A DNA stretch of 53,916 nt from Reclinomonas americana ATCC 50394 (taxonomy: Eukaryota), in assembly GCA_048213135.1 (NCBI GenBank), contig PS015223.1:133273-187188 (forward strand). The letters run 5' to 3'. The notes beneath the pieces were generated by a model. The model saw only the letters and a list, made by a program, of their open reading frames with translations, ran no database searches and was not told the DNA's origin. Within the stretch, counting starts at the first letter, position 1. Each line of letters opens with the position of its first letter. Shown here in pieces: positions 49,961 to 53,916 of the stretch. The translations under genes were made by a program, and so were the position numbers.

Positions 49961-51264
49961 GAGTCATGGCTTGTCGATCAGAGTATCTCACGTTACCATG
50001 TTCTCTGTCTGCTCGCACAGTCGCCGCGGGCAGTTCACCAGTGCGAGTGCACGTACCGCCGCAGTTGCCAGTGATGCTCGTGGAGAGTTCAGACAGGACC
50101 GTTCATTGCATTGTGTGCACGGCTGTTGGGCCTGGTGAGGGCGGCGTTCCCATGTATCGCCTGCCGTGTACGCACGGTGTGCACGGTGGTACGTGCCTTC
50201 GCGATCACCTGCTGGCACACTGTAATGTGGGCAGTGGACTGGCACCGTGCACGGCCAGCGGTTGCACCGCCAGTTGCGTGCTTCTGTTGTCAGCATGCTG
50301 CTGATGACTGACTCGGCGCACTCACTGCTCACTGCCACCACTGCAGAAATTCCGATGAACGTCGCCGAGCATGCATCGAGTCAGAAGAACTGTCCGTTCC
50401 CCAAAGAGTTTGTGCGCTACCGAGAGCACGTCATCCGCACCGAGCAGGAACAGTGCATGCGCGATCTCAACGCGCACTTGTGCCCGAATCCGTCGGTATG
50501 TACACCTAAGCTACCCTACTCTCTTCCTTGTTGTTCTTTGCCAAACACTCATGATGCATCTTGTTCTCCCCACCTGCGCAGTGTGGTGGATGGCTGCAGG
50601 TCGAGCGGGACCGCGCTCCACGCCGAATCATCTGTGGAGGTTGCAACTGCAGGTGTGTGCTTGCATGTGTTGCGGCGTTGTGTTTTGTGGCTGCGCGTAA
50701 CTGTGGTGGTGCCGCAGTGTGTGCCCGCGATGCTGGCAACGGTGGCGAAGTGGCGCCGGATCGGCTCAGACCTGCGGCAGTGTTGAGTGCGGCCGGTTGT
50801 GGGAGGAGGAGGCCAATGAGATCTTGGCCAGGTGCCCGGTGAAGACGATTGGCTCGCACAACGACATTCCCAGCATGCGTGCTTGTCCCGCATGCCAGCA
50901 CCTCATGGGTGAGAGGGGAGACGCACATGTACAGGCAGTGTGAGGGGTCGCTTCTTTTGATGACTGATTGCATGTGCTGTAGAACACCGCGAGGCTTGCA
51001 ATCACGTCAAGTGCCCGAATACTGCGGTTCGTGTGCCGACACACCGTGGCTGCTCCCACTTTGCTCGCGCCTCACTCTATGCTTGTTTGTTCAGTGCCAA
51101 CACGAGTACTGCTTCCGGTGCCTTCGTCCGACAAAAGTCATGTTTCGTTAATGACCGGCTCCTCTTCCTCTGACTTGTCGTGCATGCACTCACATTTTCT
51201 CCTACAACCACACAGGTGCACGTCGTGCCCGGGAGTTGCTCCGCGACAAGTGCTGCACTCGTGA
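47085..51264 (+). CDS. Predicted single-pass receptor: two tandem extracellular domains, TM, Cys-rich juxtamembrane segment and cytoplasmic RBR (RING1-IBR-RING2) E3 ligase
   Basis: Signal MRRRFLVFIALTAALLLCAHSVSA; two DGGSD(M/V)YD..GN / GAD / GDPS..H domains; TM IGLIVGAAVGGAGGLVVLI|IIIV; RING1 CIVC..CTHGVH..C..C..C; IBR CPNPS|C..CGGCNC|SVCPRC; RING2 CPAC..EHREACNHVKC..CQHEYCFRC. Segment 48454-48875 is on the opposite strand. Confidence 0.8.
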
Positions 51265-51667
51265 GCTTGGTTTTTGTTATTTCCAGCGGTGCACCCGCTC
51301 ATCTCTCTGTCTCTTACCTCTCTGTCCTCCGTCTCCACTCGCTCTCTTCACGCCTTGCTAGATCTTCTGAAGTCACATTAATAAGACTCGCCGGTTTTCA
51401 TCATGATATCAAGTATGCGATGACATTTTTTTTTGCAGTTTCTGTTGGCAAGTGTCACCCACACGGCCAGTAGACCGCCACTGCATGCACTCGCGCGCCA
51501 TCTCGTCCCTTAAAAGCAGAATGCATGTGTACGAACCAAGCATACTTCGCGCACAGTATTTGCTTTCCGTCAGGCGTGGTCCTCCACACAACCCGCCACT
51601 TGTGTGTTGCACACGCAGCCACCACCGCTTCTCTCCTTTCTCCCCTCTCCCTTCTACATCAGTGCGC

Positions 51668-52733
51668 ATGGATCGAGCAACAGACGCGGTCGACAGAGGA
51701 GGCGGTGGCGAGGCCACAGACAAGGACGACGACGACCGACAGTCAGTGGACACAAGCGACGCAGATGCAGTGTACCACGACACCACTGCCGCCGGAGACA
51801 GCAGTGGCACAGCACCATCAACTCCTCCTCTTCTTCCCTCTCAATCAGCAGCGGATATGCGACAGCTGCACTCCCACATTCACCAATCGCATCTTTCATC
51901 ACTCGCCGACTCTCCGTGTGTGTCATCGGCGGCCTCGTCGGCGGGTTCGTCGTCGGGAGTGGATGGTGGGCGGTCTCCAGTGCACGGCGCAAGCATGGCG
52001 ACGCATCCTCATCACTATCATCATCATCAACACCACCATCACCACCCCCCTCGTCATCACGTGCTGCAGCTGCACCCGACGTCACCTCCGTCTGCGCAGC
52101 GCGGTTCTGTGGGCGACATGTCGGCAGGTGCGTCGTGGGTGGCCTCGGGCGAGGCCGCGGGTGAGCCGGCAGTGTCGACCGCGGAGGACTTGGCGCGTCT
52201 GACTCTGCGGAGAGTTGTCATCACTCCCGGCAGCGTCACCATGTCGCCGGGCCAGCGAGGCGGGTTGCCGCGACCGGGTGCGTTGCAGGAGGCACGCAGG
52301 AGAGCCACCNNNNNNNNNNNNNNNNNNNNNNNNNNNNNNNNNNNNNACGCTGGCCAATAGCCCCGAAATGGTCATGTCGGTGAGTTAGTTTGTGTTGTCT
52401 CTCGCAAAAAGTGATGGGGTTTCTCCGATGTGACGATTGATCGCCGCGCAGGGCATGAGCCGATCTCGCTCCATGCCACACATTGACGATGTGCCGAGCT
52501 CGGAGCGCGTCAGCAGCACGGCGTCGGCCAGTGGAGGCAGTGGCATGTCGCCAGGTGCCGCGGCTGCGGGTTTGTCCCCCGACGCGTTGCGCAGTTTGCC
52601 ACGAGTGTCGTCGAGAGAGAGCGTCACTCGCTGGCTGGACGAGCAGGAGCGGTCAAGTGTAACGATGTTTCGCCAGCTCAGTGGCTCCTCACCGCCGCCC
52701 GAAGCCATGGACGCGCCTGCACCACCCATGTAG
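51668..52733 (+). CDS. Low-complexity Ser/His/Pro-rich hypothetical protein interrupted by a gap
   Basis: MDRATDAVDR... is open to the gap at 52310-52346; after an intron (about 52380-52451) it reads GMSRSRSMPHIDD...APPM, TAG. Confidence 0.5.
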
Positions 52734-52830
52734 TCTGTTTGTTGTACACCTGCTTATTTTGTGTTTTCTGTGGGAGAAAAAGAATGAATGTTGCTTGTTT
52801 TGCTTGAACAGACGAGCCATTGGCATGCGT

Positions 52831-53879
52831 TCAATGTCTCCAGATCTTCAACACACGATCCTTGCCGCCGGTGGCCACTCGCTGCCCGTCGGGACTCCAG
52901 TCGGCGGCAAACACCTCATCCTCGTGTCCGGGGAGATCCTCACGCAGCTTGCCCGTGCGCAAGTCCCACACCTTGGCCGTTGAGTCCTTGCTGGCCGACA
53001 ACACCAGACGCGAATCGGCACTCCACGCCACCTGATACACGCAGCCGACGTGGCCACGAAGGGTGCGGATAAAACGGCCCGTAAGACCGTCCCATATGCG
53101 CACGCTCTTGTCGAACGAGGCGCTGGCCACCAGACGTCCGTCTGGCGAGAACGACACGTGATTCACCAACTGCTGGTGGCCCGTCATGCGTGCAATCGGC
53201 TTGTCGGAGGCCAGCGGTCTCCACAGATACAGCGTAAAGTCGTCGGAGCCAGTGACAAGTCGCTCCTCTCCACCCGACTGCGCCAGCATGGTGCGGTATC
53301 GCAAATCGGCCGCCTGCTGTGCCTCCTCGGGTGTGCTGAACACGTGATCAATATGATCGTAGCCGCCCGTCCGCAGCACCGCGTCTGTCGACAGCGCCAT
53401 GGTGTTGACCCAGTGACCGTGGCCCTCCAACGTGCACGCCACAGCACCCTGCGTCGTGAACATTTGAGGGCAAAGTCACACCAACACACCTGCAAGAGGG
53501 GGGTGGGGGAAGACGCAACTGTGTCTGCCTCCCACACACGAATGGTGCGGTCTTGTGAGGCTGTGTAGAGAAGACCATTGCCGCCCCACTTGATGCAGGT
53601 GACGCCGAGGGCGTGCCCACTGAGTGCCAGATTGATGTTGCCCGTCATGGCGTCCCAGATCTTGACGGCGCCGTCCTTGCTTCCCGAGGCCAGTCGCCGC
53701 ACCACGCCGCCCTCCGCCAGATGATGCGGTTCCCACGCCAGCGATGTCACGTACTTTTTGTGTGCCCGGATCGGTGCCGGCAGCGCCGCAGTGCCGTTGG
53801 CCATCCACACACGAACGTGGCCGTCGGCAGCCCCCGACGCGAGGTGCTTGTTGTCGGGTGCCCACGCCAGGCATTGCAC
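52831..53879 (-). CDS. NLE1: Notchless/Rsa4 WD40 ribosome assembly factor, 3' part
   Basis: RRLASGSKDG, CIKWGG.GLLYTASQDRTI, GHGHWVNTMALSTDAVLRTG, ERLVTGSDDFTLYLW, RMTGHQQLVN, DLPGHEDEVFAADWSPDG..VATGGKD..LKIWRH; intron 53449-53519. Confidence 0.95.
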
Positions 53880-53916
53880 CTGCGCGAGGGGGACATGTAT
53901 GAGTTCCTCTCTCGCT

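Noticed and set aside
3318-53519. GTTGCG introns as introner elements or U12-type introns
   Set aside because: Intron bodies share no visible sequence beyond the donor, a CTNAC-like branch site and YAG. I saw no terminal repeats and no RTATCCT donors.
1-53916. Alternative genetic code suggested by the fragmented ORFs
   Set aside because: In-frame stops in the genes I traced fall inside GT-AG introns, and TAA, TAG and TGA all end conserved proteins at expected positions.
1-53916. CRISPR arrays, tRNA, rRNA or operon-type systems
   Set aside because: No spaced direct repeats or RNA-gene signatures seen; the DNA is intron-rich and eukaryotic. Small ncRNAs cannot be excluded by eye.

Overview
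Gene-dense, GC-rich eukaryotic (protist-like) genomic DNA with many short spliceosomal introns (mostly about 60-110 nt) and several N gaps. I spliced about 22 genes by hand, so the supplied ORF track is mostly fragments. Recognisable genes: enkurin 3' end, GID4/Vid24, ATP synthase subunit f, an atypical Rho GTPase, a MAPEG protein, a prokaryote-type Zn-ribbon protein, a type I DnaJ, an MGAT2-like glycosyltransferase, two tandem Chibby-like genes, PRP38B, delta-tubulin, SERF and Notchless. There is also a 12-kb Pmp-repeat multi-TM surface protein gene and a predicted single-pass receptor carrying a cytoplasmic RBR E3 ligase. Enkurin, Chibby and delta-tubulin imply a flagellated cell; I cannot name the organism. 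Main signals: (1) at least 28 introns start with an unusual GTTGCG donor, 26 of them after a non-G exon base, which fits a one-nucleotide-shifted U1 register; (2) the ectodomain-TM-RBR ligase architecture; (3) two small gap-flanked contigs that appear inverted. All family assignments come from recalled motifs, not database searches.
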